A stretch of 63,824 nt of DNA, counting the filler, from Hyphochytrium catenoides (taxonomy: Eukaryota > Protista > Hyphochytriomycota): assembly GCA_900088475.1 (NCBI GenBank). It is 7 parts of 7 records of this genome, joined end to end, with 100 filler letters (N's around TTAATTAATTAA, not from the genome) between each part and the next. Parts side by side here need not be neighbours in the genome. Positions count along the whole stretch, not along the records: positions 1 to 24,543 come from FLMG01002753.1; 6 more parts are not named here. The stretch is one strand, 5' to 3'. Positions 1 through 13,600 of the stretch are shown in pieces. How positions within the stretch are numbered: position 1 is the stretch's first letter; each line of letters starts with the position of its first letter. Below the pieces are notes generated by a model that did no database searches, was not told where the DNA came from, and saw only the letters and a program-made list of their open reading frames with translations. Both the position numbers and the translations under genes were made by a program.

Positions 1-36
<36 letters not shown>

Positions 37-3000
37 GAGAGAGAGCGGAGAAGAAAAGACAGAAAAGGATCACAAGGCAGGAGGAAGAGGCTCAGCTTTG
101 GCCCAGCCAGCGGGGCGCCCGTCTCGTCCAGCAACCGTTGGATGGGTATCTTCCTCCGCAGACAGAGGGGAAAGATACCGCCAAAGGGAGCCAAGGATCT
201 TCTTAGTCGTCCATCCTCTTCCCTCCTTGTCAGTCCCGCCCATTCTCAAACTTCTTCTCCTCCTTCGTCCCATCACTCTCTTCTGCTGCTCCCTGGCTTA
301 ACGTGGTAATAAGGCTGTCTTCCTTCTTCTGATGAGCAAATCTTCGTGTTGCTTTGAAGAAGAAAGAAGCAGGAGGGGCAGAGCAAGAAGAAGAGGCGCT
401 TTCTCCTTTCTCGTCCTTCCAGTGCAGGCCAACTAACAAACACCAGCAACCAATTTTCTTTTGACATGCTGCCTCTCTCTCTCCTCTCTTCTTGTCATCT
501 ATCGTGGGGTTCCGTGGCTCGTGGTGCTGCTCGTCCGTCCTCTTGCTTCCCTCCGTCGTCCAGAGTAAAGCTCTTAGAACTACTTAACTCGGCAAATGTT
601 ATGCCTGATGAGGAGGAAGACAGAGGGAGAACCATTCTCTTCCTTCTCCAACGAAGAAAAGAGGAGAGAGAAAGATGGGAGAAAGAAGAAGAAGAAGAAG
701 GGGAGGGGAGTATCTCTAGGAATAATAATAAGAGCAAGGACGAGAAGAGCCAAGAGGTAGAAGAAGAAACGCGAGCTGGAGATAGGAAGGGACGTGAAGA
801 AGAGAGAGAAAACGAGTTGTCGACAAGCAGGGGAGGAGAGACTAAGAGACTAAGAGTATATACTATATCCAGAGAGAGACAGGCGGCCGGTGGGGAGGAG
901 ACACCTCTCTTCTTACGTAATACTTCTTATATTCCTCGACAATAAACACATCTTTTCATGGCTCGTCCGTCCGTGTCCTGTCTCCGTCCAGGACTTTCTC
1001 GTTCAATCTTCCGTTATAGAAGAGATGTCTACTTGAGAAGAGGAAGACCCGACGCTCCTAAGTAATAAGGAGAGAAGGAGAGCACAAAGAAGAGAGAGGC
1101 AAGAGAGAGAGAGAGGGAGTGAGAAACAGAGAGAGAGAGAGAGGGAGAAACAGAGAGAGAGAAAACAGAGAGATAGACGGAGAGACAGAGAGACAGACAG
1201 AGACAAACAAAGAGACAGACAGAGACAGGCAGAGAGAGAGAGTGAGAGAGAAAGAGAAAAGAGAGAGAGAGAGAGAGAGAGAGAGATCCCGCATAACGCT
1301 TTTCAATTTCAGTAATAAAGAACTACGGCGAAGAATATTGGCAGAGGAAACTGAGAGCTCTATTCCGCGACTCTCTTGGGTCTCTTCCATCGTCCCACAT
1401 ATTTTTTTTACAGAGCAAGAAAGGAGGAAAATCTAGGGTTCCCCTCCTTCTCTTCCCTTCTCTCTGTTTCTCTTCTCTTTTCTATCTATGAACATCAAAG
1501 AGCGGCCTCAAAAGGAGAAGACGACGGCCCAACGACCAAAAAAGAGAAAGTGGTGGCGGAGAAAGGACGGACCGCACACGCGCAGCTATGGCCCTAGCTA
1601 ACCTCGCACCACCAACAGTGAGAGAGAGACAGAGAGAGAGAGAAATAAAGAAAGAGCACATCTCCCTCAAAAAGCGGGGGAAAACAAAGAGGAGAGCAGT
1701 ACCGCAGCACTGGATCCTCTTCTTCTTTTTCCCTCTGTCAGGCGATGAGCCACCGCACGAGCAAAAAGGATGTGGGAAGAGGGTTCCTCCATCCTCCCTG
1801 GTCCCTCTCTTCACTTTCTCTAAGCTCTGACGGGAATCATATCAACACTGCCACGCAGCTCCAGGATCTTGAATTGGTGTCATCACTGACGGTCTCTCTG
1901 TTTTGAAAAGTTTTTCAACTGTCTCTGTCTCTCTCGCTCGCTCTCTCCCATGTGTGTCTCTCTCTCCCCGCTGTCTCTCTCCTTCCTTTGTCTCTCTCTC
2001 TCTCTCTCCCCCGCCTATCTCTCTTTTTCTCTTACTCTTTCTTCTTGCGGACCTTGAAGAAGATCCTCACACATTTCCTAGCACCATCATCATAAGGACA
2101 AAGATACCTTGTTGATGTTCGATGTCCTGCTCTGCTAGTTGTCAACAGAGTAATGGATGAGCGTATGATGATCAGTGAGCTGTAGACAAGAGACGATTGA
2201 TCAGACGCTCGATCATGGTCACCTCGCTAGCAGCAGGCCGCCTCCTTTCCGCTGCTCGGCCAGAGTATGACTAGATGCTCTCTTTCTTGTCTAGCTCTTC
2301 TCACCTTCTTCCTAATATATAATAGGATTGTTTCCGTTGGATCCGAACTCCTTTTGACCTTGAGCTCCTTTGGTCTGAGTTATAGAGACAGAAGAATCAG
2401 GAGCTCAGCTGCTGCCGCTAGGAAGGAAGAAGAAGCGTCCTCAGATGGTAGAGGTGGTTGCTCCTGGTTGGGAGGCTTGGGTTAGGGCCTACATCGGAGC
2501 CGACAAGGAAGGTCTACGCTGATAGAGACCAGCTCCTCCTCTGCTCAATAGAGAAGGCCGTGAAATCCCAGTGTCTTGGAACGAAAGAGTTCCAGTCATT
2601 GCCTCTGTCTAGTTCCTACTCTCAACTGTAGGACGAAGCAAGGGTTGCAGAATGACTGCTCTTACTCTATCTCTCCTCTTCCACCACCTATTCCTCTTTC
2701 TGTCTCTTTTTGGCGCGGCGTCGATACGACTCCATCTCCTTCATCATTTCTCTCTCCGGTCATCGCTCTCACTATCAGGCGACTTCTGCCAGCCTCTCTC
2801 TCTTTTTTCCTTTCTTTGTTCTCTCTCTCTCTCTCTCTTCTGGTTGGGCTCCACTAAGGAGATGTCAATGTTTATGGAAATGTCAATGATGATATGCAAC
2901 AACCTTGGGAGGTGCCATAATAAATATCAAGAAGAGTTCGTTCTATCTGCTGCTGAGAGCTCATAAGGAGCCTGAGAACTCTAGGAAGAGGTTGCCATGA

Positions 3001-3518
3001 TTGACTTGACTCCCTTCCTTAGCGGAGCAGCTGACCGTCCGCATGAAGAAGAACAGCATCATTACTCCGTAGTAATAAATATCCAACTTCTCCCGCCGGA
3101 GTCCGCGAAAGAAGTCAACCATTCGGTGCTACCTTATGAGTCCTAGTAGTAAAACTAATAGGTCGAACCAGGGCCACTCGCTGGGCATTGATCCTGAAGC
3201 AGAAGAGAGTTGACTTGCAAGCTGTCGGGATGAGAAGGGACGTTGTACCCGTACAGCTACGTGGATAGAAAATGAGTCTCATCGTCCGATCGTCTCTGTG
3301 ATGATAGATGATCGATAGCGAGGGAGGCGGCGGTCTATGGCCTTCGAAGCAAGCAGCACTAGGGGAAGGTCGTCATGCCTTGAACGACCTGAAGTCAGCT
3401 GCTATCGGACGGCCATCGTTGTCTTGACGACCGTCTGACCTGCTGCTAACTCGACCTAGCAGGAGGAGTAATAAGGGCTCCTGCTAGTAGTGCCCTACTT
3501 CGCACTACCATGACTGTC

Positions 3519-3863
3519 CACCTGTCAGTCTCTCCTTTGTGGATGGCCTCCTTACTGCTGTGGTCCAGAGTCGTGACAGCATCCAGCAGCTTCAGGAGCA
3601 GCCAGTACCTACCAGTCTTCTCCGTAGATGACCTTCTTCCAGCCGTCTAGAGCCGTGACCGCAGCCGCCAGCTTCAGGAGCAGCCAGTACCTGCCAGTCT
3701 CTCCTCTGTGGATGGCCTTCTTCCAGCCGTGGCCCAGAGCCGTGACCGCAGCCAGCAGCTTCACGAGCGGCCAGTACACCTACCAGCCTCTCCTCCGTGG
3801 ACGGCCTTCTTCCAGCCGTGGTCCAGATCCGTGACGGCAGCCGCCAGCTTCAGGAGCGGCCAG
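3519..3863. repeat. Four diverged tandem copies of an ~82-89 bp GC-rich unit
   Basis: Unit cctrccagtctctcctcygtggayggccttcttccagccgtggyccagagccgtgacsgcagccrscagcttcasgagcrgccagta recurs at about 3519, 3608, 3690 and 3777. Copies differ mainly by transitions and small indels. Confidence 0.9.
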
Positions 3864-4715
3864 GGCGCGGTCCTTGCGCCTCCGACACCGCCACGGCTGC
3901 CGTCACGTCACCCAGCGTGACTGATAATAATAGGATGACCGCAGTGACAAAGAGACGAAGGAGGAGATGCGAAGGTGCAGGAAGATAACAATGATTAATC
4001 TTAGCTAAAGACGAGACAGAGTCATTCTTTGGCTAGCGTACAATGAGATCGGTCCTTTTTTTGTGTCTCCTGCTATTTTCGGGTCTGTGTAGAACTATAG
4101 TAAAACGGTAGCGCTCTCAACTTCCAGTTCTCGTTTGTTTTGTACACGGCGAACTCCATCTTCGGCTTTCGGTTAGTCCTCCGGAATAAAATGTAAGTCT
4201 TACTTGTACTTTTTGTACTGTTTCAAAACACGATACTTGCTGTGGGTGAAGTATCCAAGTACATGTACTTGTAGCTGTACTTGTACCATAGTTATCAACA
4301 TGAACACAACTTCAGTCTTCAGTTCGATTGTTTTTTGTTTCTTTGTTTCTTATAAAGCATTGATAACCAGAGAAAGAAAGTCGAAGTGATCTATCAGCTG
4401 TGATTCTCCACCGAGTCGCTTCAAGCTGTAGAACTAAATGAAGATTTGAAGATCCTGCAAATCCAATGACGAGGCAGGAAATCAGAAGATTGCTGACTGA
4501 TGATGCCATTGCCCCCTGACAGACCTCCACGAGAGCCACAACTGGGGACTATAGAATACATAGCTATGGATGCACCGCGCCGCCCTTAGCAATCCATGAG
4601 AAGAGTCGCAAGTGGGACTGCAATTTGCTTAGTTCGGCAGTCCCACCGTGATCGTCAAGTTTTCTCTGACTGGTAGAGCTTGGCCCGGGAAATCGTCAAG
4701 GCTGTAAAGACAAGG

Positions 4716-6336
4716 ATGAACCACGCTTACAGGATGGGAGTTCCCCTGTCCATGGTACGCTCCTCCTTGTCGAGGGTGACATGTCCTCCGGGCGCGGCTG
4801 TTTGTCCGCTTCTGCCGCATCCCATGAGAATAGCCACTCTTAGCAGACTTAATGTGCCGCGACCAATTATTAGGACAGATACACGGCCTGCAAAGCCTTT
4901 CAGTTCCACGCCCGCTGATGACGGACCAGGAAAAGCTCTCCCTCCCGAGCTAATGAAGAACATTGGCACCCTGAGCCAAGATCAGCGCCATGAGCTGGTG
5001 AAAGCCATTGTGGCTCTAGAGATGCAGTCTCCCACTGCGTCGACTGCAGCGTCCTCTACCTCGCCAGACTCTGCCTTCTTCCTCGCTGACATCAACAAAG
5101 GTGAGACTCCGGTTTCTGAGAGGCCCTAACCAAGCATGTCATCATTGAACCATCAACTTATGCCTTGTCGTTTTCCTCTTGGGCCTCGTTCTCAAGCGCC
5201 CCCTTCTTCTTTCTCACACGACTTAAGCGTCTTCTTCTTCTGTGCCTTAGTTCCTGGATGTCGGAAAGAGTACGTTTGAGCTGGCTCCGCTTCCTTTATG
5301 TCTGTCCCTGACATTCTTCGCCACCCTTTGTGAATGCTTGTTGCTGTGAAGATGGGGTCCTCTCGAAGTTTGAGTTTGATCTCTACATGGAACGATACAA
5401 GGAGAGGCACGGCTCAGGCAGCCAGGGCGCATCGCATGCAGGAGAGAGTGCAGATGACTCTCGTCCCCCTTCGTCCTCTCAACTTAGGACTTTGGCTCTT
5501 CAAACTGCGCTTCCTATGATTGGCTTTGGCTTCTGCGACAACTCTCTGATGATCTTGGCTGGCGACGTGATCGAAGAGAATCTTGGCGCATATATGAAGC
5601 TTTCTACCATGGCCTCAGCCGGGCTGGGTAAGTTTGCAGAGTCTTCTTCCGCCGGCTTGGGCTCGTTTTGCTCTCCCTTCGTCGCTCACCACATCTCGTC
5701 TTCTTCTCCCGGCCGATCGCTTTATTGGCGTCTCATACTTCCCCCTTATTCCCAGATACTCTTTCTAACTATCTCTAAGGATAAACATGTCCTCTTCTCA
5801 AGTTGATAGTATCAGCAACGCTGCGCGTGCCCTGGATGTTCATCGCAAAGCTTCTCTTGCTGTTTTGGGGCGCAAGTTGTTCTCCCATTGGTTGCCATTG
5901 GACACTCCTCTCAGTTGTCCTCCCTCGTTACTATTGTTCTCGATGCGGACGCTCCTTTCTACGCACGCTGTCTCTTCCTCAAGCTTACGTTACGCTGAAA
6001 ATTCTTTCTCCGATCCACTTTGTCTTCCGTCAAAAGGCAATATGTTCGCAGACGTGGCTGGGATTGGACTGAGCGGTAAGCGCCAAGCTGTTGCCACTGC
6101 CTAGGGGCAGCATGGGCCCCAAATGAGCTCACACTGTTACTTTGCGCCGATTTGTACGTTCACTAGGCGTTATTGCTGCCTTTGTGGCCCGTCGGTTCAT
6201 GAACAGTGATCCACAGCTCTCGAGGTCTCAACAGCGAAGTCAGTCAGCACTGTGGGTTCGGCGTCTCAGTGGCGGGTTTGGCATTGCCTTTGGATGTCTT
6301 CTTGGCATGTCTCCGCTTCTATTTATCAGCGGCTGA
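4716..6336 (+). CDS. TMEM65: TMEM65-family mitochondrial inner-membrane protein with an N-terminal EF-hand (4 exons)
   Basis: Exons 4716-5100, 5352-5627, 6037-6075 and 6167-6336 join in frame via GT-AG introns. TMEM65 signature: ALPMIGFGFCDNSLMILAGDVIE..LSTMASAGLGNMFADVAGIGL..GIAFGCLLGMSPLLF. The Arg/Ser-rich N-terminus resembles a mitochondrial presequence. Start codon choice is uncertain. Confidence 0.88.
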
Positions 6337-6987
6337 TCGGGTGAGAGGCAGGCACATCAGGGACAGACTGATCCTAGGAACAGCTGACAGCACTATATAT
6401 CGCACTCTGTAGCTCTTGTCCTTGGTCGTTAGACAGTGCTCTTCTCTTTGTATAGCGCAGTGAAAAGTATTTGGCCCCCGTAGTATCATTACCACTTCAG
6501 GCACCTCTAAAAAAAGTAAAGTCGAGGAAAAGCCAGACAAGGGCTAGGTTGTCAGTGGGACACCATGCTAGCACTTATGCACCCCAACTGCTTAGCACAA
6601 GCTTGCGAAGTGGAAAGTGGATGGATTCAGGAACCTTGGAACGACTAATAAGCACGATGTGTTACCTTTATCTGTGTGCTACGTGCCGCTGATCAGCAGT
6701 CTTATAGTGGTCGGTCCCAATGTGCTCTAATCAAATCTTTGACTGCCTCACTTGCCGACACTCTGCGTGTCTAAGGCTAGTCAGACCCCTACCTGGGTTG
6801 GCACAAGCCTTGTGCTATTTAGCATGTCTACCTTCCTGGGCTCTCGCTTTGAATGGCTCGTCATCCCATATGGGAACCTCCAGGCATGTGGCCTCTGGTC
6901 CATGTACCTTTCATTGGCCAAGGTAGTCTTTGCACCTATTCCGCTTGGTGCCCTTCTAACTCCGGAAAGTAGACATGGACCGACTTT

Positions 6988-9797
6988 TCATTTAAAATTG
7001 ATGTTAAGATCAGGATAGAGACTCCGCAGCAACTCAACTGCTTCCTTTGACATTCTGCAAAGGTGAGTAAAGAGAGTGAGGATGCTTAGCGCTTGCCAGA
7101 CAAATGTAAGTCTATCGGTGAGTCAGTTGTATAAAGTAGGGCAAGACAGCCCGCTAGATTTGAAGGACACGCTTAACTATAGCAACTGGACTTGAGCTCA
7201 AAGCGATTGCCATCGGCTGTCTCTTAGAGTTTAAGGAAAAGAAACTTACGGGGTGTACTTGACATCAATCATTTTAAGCTTTTTCCTTATGTGAGTGGGG
7301 TCCGACTCTGGATCTTCCATCATCTTGGCATGGATAAGGCTCGTAAGGGTCTATAAGAGGGCAACCAACAAGGGGCGGCGTCAGGAAACTTAGGTTGAAA
7401 GAATTAGGTAGGTTCTGGGACCACGAGGCATTGTCGAGCTGGTTGGACGTTTGCCTTCAAGCCCACGCAATGATGCCAGTAGTTTTCAGGTCGCAAGAGG
7501 GGATTTGGGGTCTGCTTTTCTCTTACCGCTTCACTAATACGCTTGACGCCACATACATTCAATTCCTGAAGACTGGAGCAATGGTCCATAATATAGCGAA
7601 GTAGGGTGTCGCTGACGTAAAAGCGGAAGCCAGTGGAGGAAGAGGCGAGAGTAAGCACATGCATAGGGACAAAAAAGCCAAAAGATGACGAGACAGTCAC
7701 AAAAGCGGCTATATGGTCACGAGAAAAGAACAAAAGAGAGCCAGCGATTTTAACCGTCGCGCTGGGGACCCTCAAAGCAGGCCTCAATGACCCCACAGAG
7801 GATGAAGTGTGAGGACTCCGCAGCTTAGTGGAAGTCCGCGTAAGGGTGATGGTGGACAATCAACTTGTAAGAAGTCGTGGGGAGCAGAGTTGCGATTAGA
7901 TAATTAGTGTACCTGGTGGCGGTTGACCAATGCACATGCAGCCCCTCTAAGGCTCTATGACTAGCCAGTAGTTTTATCAAGGCTTCATCTCTGAAGGATG
8001 TATAACCAACTGCCAAGCTGCGCAGCTCCGGACAGTTATCCTCTATTCTCTTCAGAGTTCTAAGTCAGCAGAAGTAATGGAGAGATATTACTTGGGAGGT
8101 ATACAAAGGGCAGAGAGATTGCTAAAGCGGTACTCTTTCAGGCTTCCATCCCCATTCATGTTCTCATTGAGTTACTTCTTTTGAAACTGTCTCATGCGGC
8201 GCCCTTAGTAAGATTACCTTTCAGTAAGTGGAAAGCCTGAGATATGAAGCTTGACAAAGTGTGACCGGTTCTCGTGACGTTCCAAGAAGTCCTCAATTCC
8301 ATTTACTGTCATGTTGAAACAACCGCCTATGTCGATACTCTAGAATGAAAGTCCAGGCGAGCATTATTGAACAACGGATACTTGCAAACAGTAAAGAAGA
8401 AGAAACCCCAGACTAAGTAGGCTGACGGGGAGCGAGGAATGGCGGCGAAGCCCCAAAAACTCTCCAAAATGTAAGCTTGAACCAGGGGTTTTTGGTAACA
8501 GAATGGAAGAGGCATCAAAATAGGAGACAAGAGTGGCACTAAGCATCAAGAGTAAGTAAATTTCAGCGGCTGGGGAAGCACTCAGGAGAGATGAGAGCGG
8601 TGGAAGCAGACGCATATGAAGGAGTGGTCGTACCTCAAGATGTGGTCCAAGCTCCAGCATGTACTCCAGAGTCTTGTCCGTCAGTTTGCGACAGTTGCTG
8701 ACGTCCAGGTACTCAAGGGCTGAAAATGGGAAGGGTAAGAGAAGCAAGGGCATCTACCCAGGAGACCTAGGGATAAAATATCTAATCCGAGCGAACAACG
8801 GAGAGAGAGAGATTTAGATAGAAAACGGTAGAAGCTGAGGCAACCCGCCTACCGTTACTGATCAATGTGCGAAAGGAACACCAATGAGCTATAACGAGGA
8901 GAGGGGCAGTGGCATCTGGGTATACCTGGACATAGAGAAAGGAACTGCTTTACTCCATCATCAGTAATTTTGAAGCAACCTTGGAGACCTAAGTACTTAA
9001 GCTGTGGACACTTTTGACAGACCTGAATGCGTGGGAGTGAGGAATTAGACACCGGCCAGGCAAAAAGCGTGAGAAGTGACGTCCAAAGCCAAAAAGGATA
9101 ACACAGGCGAGGAGACCGCACCTAGAAGCACTTTGCTAGTGAATCAGACTGTAAGAGAAGAAGGAACGCTGTAGGATATGTACAGAGGCCGATAGTGGGA
9201 GAGGTAAAAGGCAAAGAATAAGTTCTGGTGCGGAGCTCAGAAGACCGCCAAGTCGTCGCACTACCTCAAGATGCCCATACCTTGAGTAAGAAGGAGTTGC
9301 TAACTTTGCCATTCACAAAGCTCACTCGCTCTAGGGAACTATGGAAAAAGTTATCCGGCAGCGCATCTGAAGACAAGCCAAGTACGTTGATAAAGTTAAG
9401 ATGAGACTCACAGAGGTCCCGGGCTAGCGAAAGCGTACAATGAGGAGTAGGAGGACATAGCAGGTGGAGAATGGGAAGGTAGGAGATTGAGGAGCTGCAA
9501 AGGAAGAAGAGGACACGGTAAAGGGTAAGGAACAACTTTTAGCCAGGCAGAAGTACAAAATAAACAGGCCCTACAGTATACGTTGAGGGCTAGAGTGCTT
9601 ATCGTACCGTCAGTCAACCTGCCGGTGGCGGCGAGGTGATCAATAAGCTTCTGCTTTAAGACCGCAGTGTCCGCACGATCAGGAGGAAGGATGTTGTGTG
9701 CTCTCTCAATAATCTCTTCTGTAAGCGTGTAAGCCGGACGATTTTGACTAATAACCTTTAGACAGAATACGTCTAAGCTTTGCACACGTCGTTGCAT
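6988..9797 (-). CDS. RNI-like/cysteine-containing LRR protein (FBXL/AMN1-like), multi-exon
   Basis: Spliced exons give repeats such as [59 protein letters not shown] and [16 protein letters not shown]. Last exon reads [21 protein letters not shown] with TGA at 6988-6990. Confidence 0.82.
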
Positions 9798-10632
9798 CTT
9801 GTCAAGGGCTAAACAAGGAGTTTACGGCTGCATGCGGGGACTGACGGCGCAATGACTACGCTAAACTCAAAACGCTCTTGAAAGCTCTAGCCTTTAAATT
9901 GCTTGTCCCTGCAGCTAAGAGTCCACTTAGAAGGATAAGGTACTAATCTGGACTTTAGGCAGCGGAGAGAACGCTGGCCGTCAGGCTTCTTGCAGCCAAT
10001 TCTCCAGATCTGCAGATTGATTTCTGAAGCTTCTGAAAAAGCAGCAAATTTCGAAAATCACACACCCAGTGAGCAATCCCTTTTCACTCCTTTCTTTCTT
10101 CACAAACATTCACCTTTATTTGTCAAGAATACTCCAGTAAACCATCCCATATTACAAATAATATCAGATTATCTGAGGTTGTTTAGGTTATATGCTTTTT
10201 GATTTGGAATAGATAGTGTCAAAAATGGTGTTTACATGACAATAATCGTCAAAGAACGGCAATTTCGCTCTTTTTTGCCGCCTTTGGGAACTTCTTGTCC
10301 TGCTGGTAGTTCCAAAGCTCGCCATTGATCTTCATCAGCGGGTCTGCAAGCTGAAGCTTCGTCTGGTCAGAGATTGAGCAAACGCTAACCTCGTAGAGAT
10401 TGTACAGGGCGACAGGTCTCAAGAATGTCGAAGTCTCTGATGGGTTCTCTGTCCTCTACCACCAGCCTTCTCTGGTGTTCATCTCCTCTGTTCTGCCTCC
10501 CTCACTGAGAACTGACTGGATACTTTCGGACAAGTGCGGCGTCGGCATCTCAGGAAAGGATCGACCTCTCACTGTTGAGAAGAGTAATATCATCGGTAGA
10601 GTTACGCGCCACGGATCTGAAGAGCTGTATAT

Positions 10633-13600
10633 ATGTCTGTTCTGGAGGATTGGACAGAGAAGCAGCTTGTTGAGCTTGGGGTGGATCATGTCTTTGCTCC
10701 ATACATATGCGGCATGCTCACAAATAATGAAGGAGCATTACCGCCGCATGAGGTAGGCTGCTCGCGATATGGAGAAGATCCAGTAATAATGCTTGGGGTT
10801 AACCTGCTGCCAAACAATGTCCGTTCTGTAGATAAAGGCGGCTATTGCGGATGTAATGCTTGGATGGACTGCGCCCGAAGATGCCGTACGCAATCTAGCG
10901 CTTCATTCTCTCCCTTTGCTATCATTACCTCTCTTCCTCCATCACTGGCATTTCAACTAATCTCTACTTTCGTTTACCAAGCCTTCTACGCTCTCTTCTA
11001 AGGTGCTGCTATTCTCTGCTTCCTCCTTCTTCAATACTTAGTCCGTTTCTTTGGTAGCATGAAGTCTGACTACATTGGTGATTCATAGGATCGCGTGCAT
11101 CATTTTGTCGATGATCTCTGGCGTTACCATGTCCATCCGTCTCAGCTACTAGCGGAGATTCACGCCGCGTCCGGACCTCTGCCGGGGTTGAAGGCCAATG
11201 AAAGGGGCATCCTCGTCTCGGGCGGTCCTCTACTTAACCCAGAGGACGCAGCAGGCAGAGAGGAGAGAGAAGCGCCTCTTCTGATACCTAGTTCACATCG
11301 CTCCCTCTCTCCCCCTCCTGCGCCCTGGCTCAACGCTGCTGCCCCGACTTTCATTCCGGCCTCCGCTTCTCCGATCAGAAATGCGCTGAAAGGTGCTTCA
11401 GTAAGCGGTTCCCCAACCACCTCGACGGTAAACTCCTAATTTCTTCCCTTTCTTTTGTCTTCGCTTGCTTTGTCCACCTTTATCTACGCAGTATCAGGTT
11501 TTTTTGGGAGATCCTGTTTACGGGAGAGCAACTTTTGGCCATCACTCTCTACTTCTGTAGGGGCTCTACGTCTCTGGCCTTCACCTTCTTTTGTTAGTTC
11601 TGTCCCTCGTTCTTCGTCCGCACTTCCTGCTTCGTTCATACACCATGGCTCCTTCTTCCCTATTCCCGGTTTCGACTTGCTCTGAGCCTTGACCGTCTGT
11701 TTGTCCCACCTTCATCACACGTTACGTCTCCTCAGTCCGGCCATATTGCCCCAGCCTTCTACCCTGCGGCGTCAGAACCAAACTCAGATCCGTCTTTTGA
11801 GTATGCATCTCCCTCCGCTTATGAGGAACACTTCCCAGCTCCTGCTTCCTTGGAAAGCGGAGAAGGAGAGTCTGCTCTTCCTGTCTATCATGATACAAAC
11901 GATCAGGAAATTGACCCGGATACTCTCTTTATATGGCAGATAGAGGAGCAGGTATCACACTCTAGTAATCCGCAAGCTGTAAATAGGTGTTGCTTCCATC
12001 TTCAATAATTCGCTTGGCAATGGCCCACCTGTTAGGCGTCCTAGGCATGCCACGTCGTGTCCTTTCCTGGCTCCTTCTCACTTTGCCTCGTCGCCTGCCA
12101 GCTACTGGAGTCTCTGCTTCAGAAGTTCTCGTCGTGCTCGCCGGCGGCTTTGACAGAGATTATGCGGATATGTGGCTATGACTATGCGAGTACGGAGGCA
12201 GCCCTCCAAGCAATTTTAGAAAGAGAACAGAGCGGCATTCAGCAGGTCTGCAGGCATTACATGCATGGGGAATGCAGAAGAGCGGACTGCCAGGTAAGGT
12301 ACCTGGAAAGGAAGAGAAGAGGAGAGGATACGGCGCCAATGCTTGCCGCATACTCTTTGACCAATCTACGGGACGCACTCTTCGCAGTTTGCCCGAAGCT
12401 GGCTATTGTTTGTACCGATGTTCCCTTGTGTCTAATCAGGCGGAACGGTTTGCCTGTATGCTTTGTTCCATACTCTGAATCTCCGTAACCTCTCATGGCT
12501 TACTCTTTTTCCTCTCGCTCCTCTCTTTGTGTCCGTTTCTTCTTTCTCCTACTGCATTGCCGTAGTTCCTCCACGAAACAAGCTCAATTACCTGTCGGTT
12601 CTGGCTGCGTGGATCCTGCGTAAACGCTGAGAGCTGCCCTTTTATGCATGGGTATGATCCAGTCAGCAACAGGGACGCGGTTAGCCGGATAAAGGACGAA
12701 ATAGAAAGAGACGAGGTGAGAGACGAACAGTAAGAACGAACGAAAGATGAGTAACTGGATCAAGCAGGCAAATAGCTCGGACGACAACGACTCTATTGAG
12801 TGCAGTCGTTGATGTCATCGGCTTTGGCCTTTGGTGGCGCCCTTTCTTCCGCGCATTGCACCTTTCTTTTCTGCTCTTAACGTATCTTGGCGTCCTCTCT
12901 CAACAAGGTGTTGGTATGGGCGAAACTCCGGACTGATCCTCCGCCTCTGACATTCTCACTTACTTGCGCCTTTTCAGCCACCTGATGTCTCAAGCGTAGA
13001 AAAGTTCCCTAGCTTAGGTTCTGCTAATGGCCGCGGCCAGGCATCTTCGGCGTGGGCTGACGGTCGAAAGCTATTAAGTAGTAGTACAAAGACCGTAGAA
13101 CCTATTGTTGGAGGCGGGAAGAAGGTAAGAGAGACAAAGATGCCTTGAGAGTGACAAGTGGATCAGTATCGTGTATCCTACGTGGAGTCGGACCAGAGCT
13201 TGAGCGCCGCTGTCAGAGGCGGAGAAGAAGGAAGGAAGGAGCGCTTCAGCTTATGGGAGCTGGCTTCCACGTTTTCTATTGACGCTGTTCATCTGGGATC
13301 TTAACGGAGTCTTCTCTCGGTAACCTCTTTTATACTGTGTGCAGGCGGGTGCTCGACCAGTGTTGTTTGACTCTCGGTCTTGGTCAAATCGGCAGAAGGT
13401 GCAACAGGGAGACTGGATCTCAACAGGAGAGACCGTTAGCAAAGAGGTAAGGACGAAGGGCCAATCATTAGATAACGATTGGAAATGAAGACTTCTCGCG
13501 CGTGTGGATGCTTTGTCTCTATGATCAGAAAGGAGGATGCTGCTCCTTTGGCATTGCCTAATGGTCTGCTTACCTCTAATTTCTGTTTCCCTCTTATAGT

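Noticed and set aside
3519-3863. CRISPR-like array
   Set aside because: Whole units repeat without unique spacers, there are no cas genes, and the context is eukaryotic.
6752-7018. Plus-strand 88-aa hydrophobic ORF
   Set aside because: It overlaps the last exon and 3' UTR of the minus-strand LRR gene and has no recognisable family.
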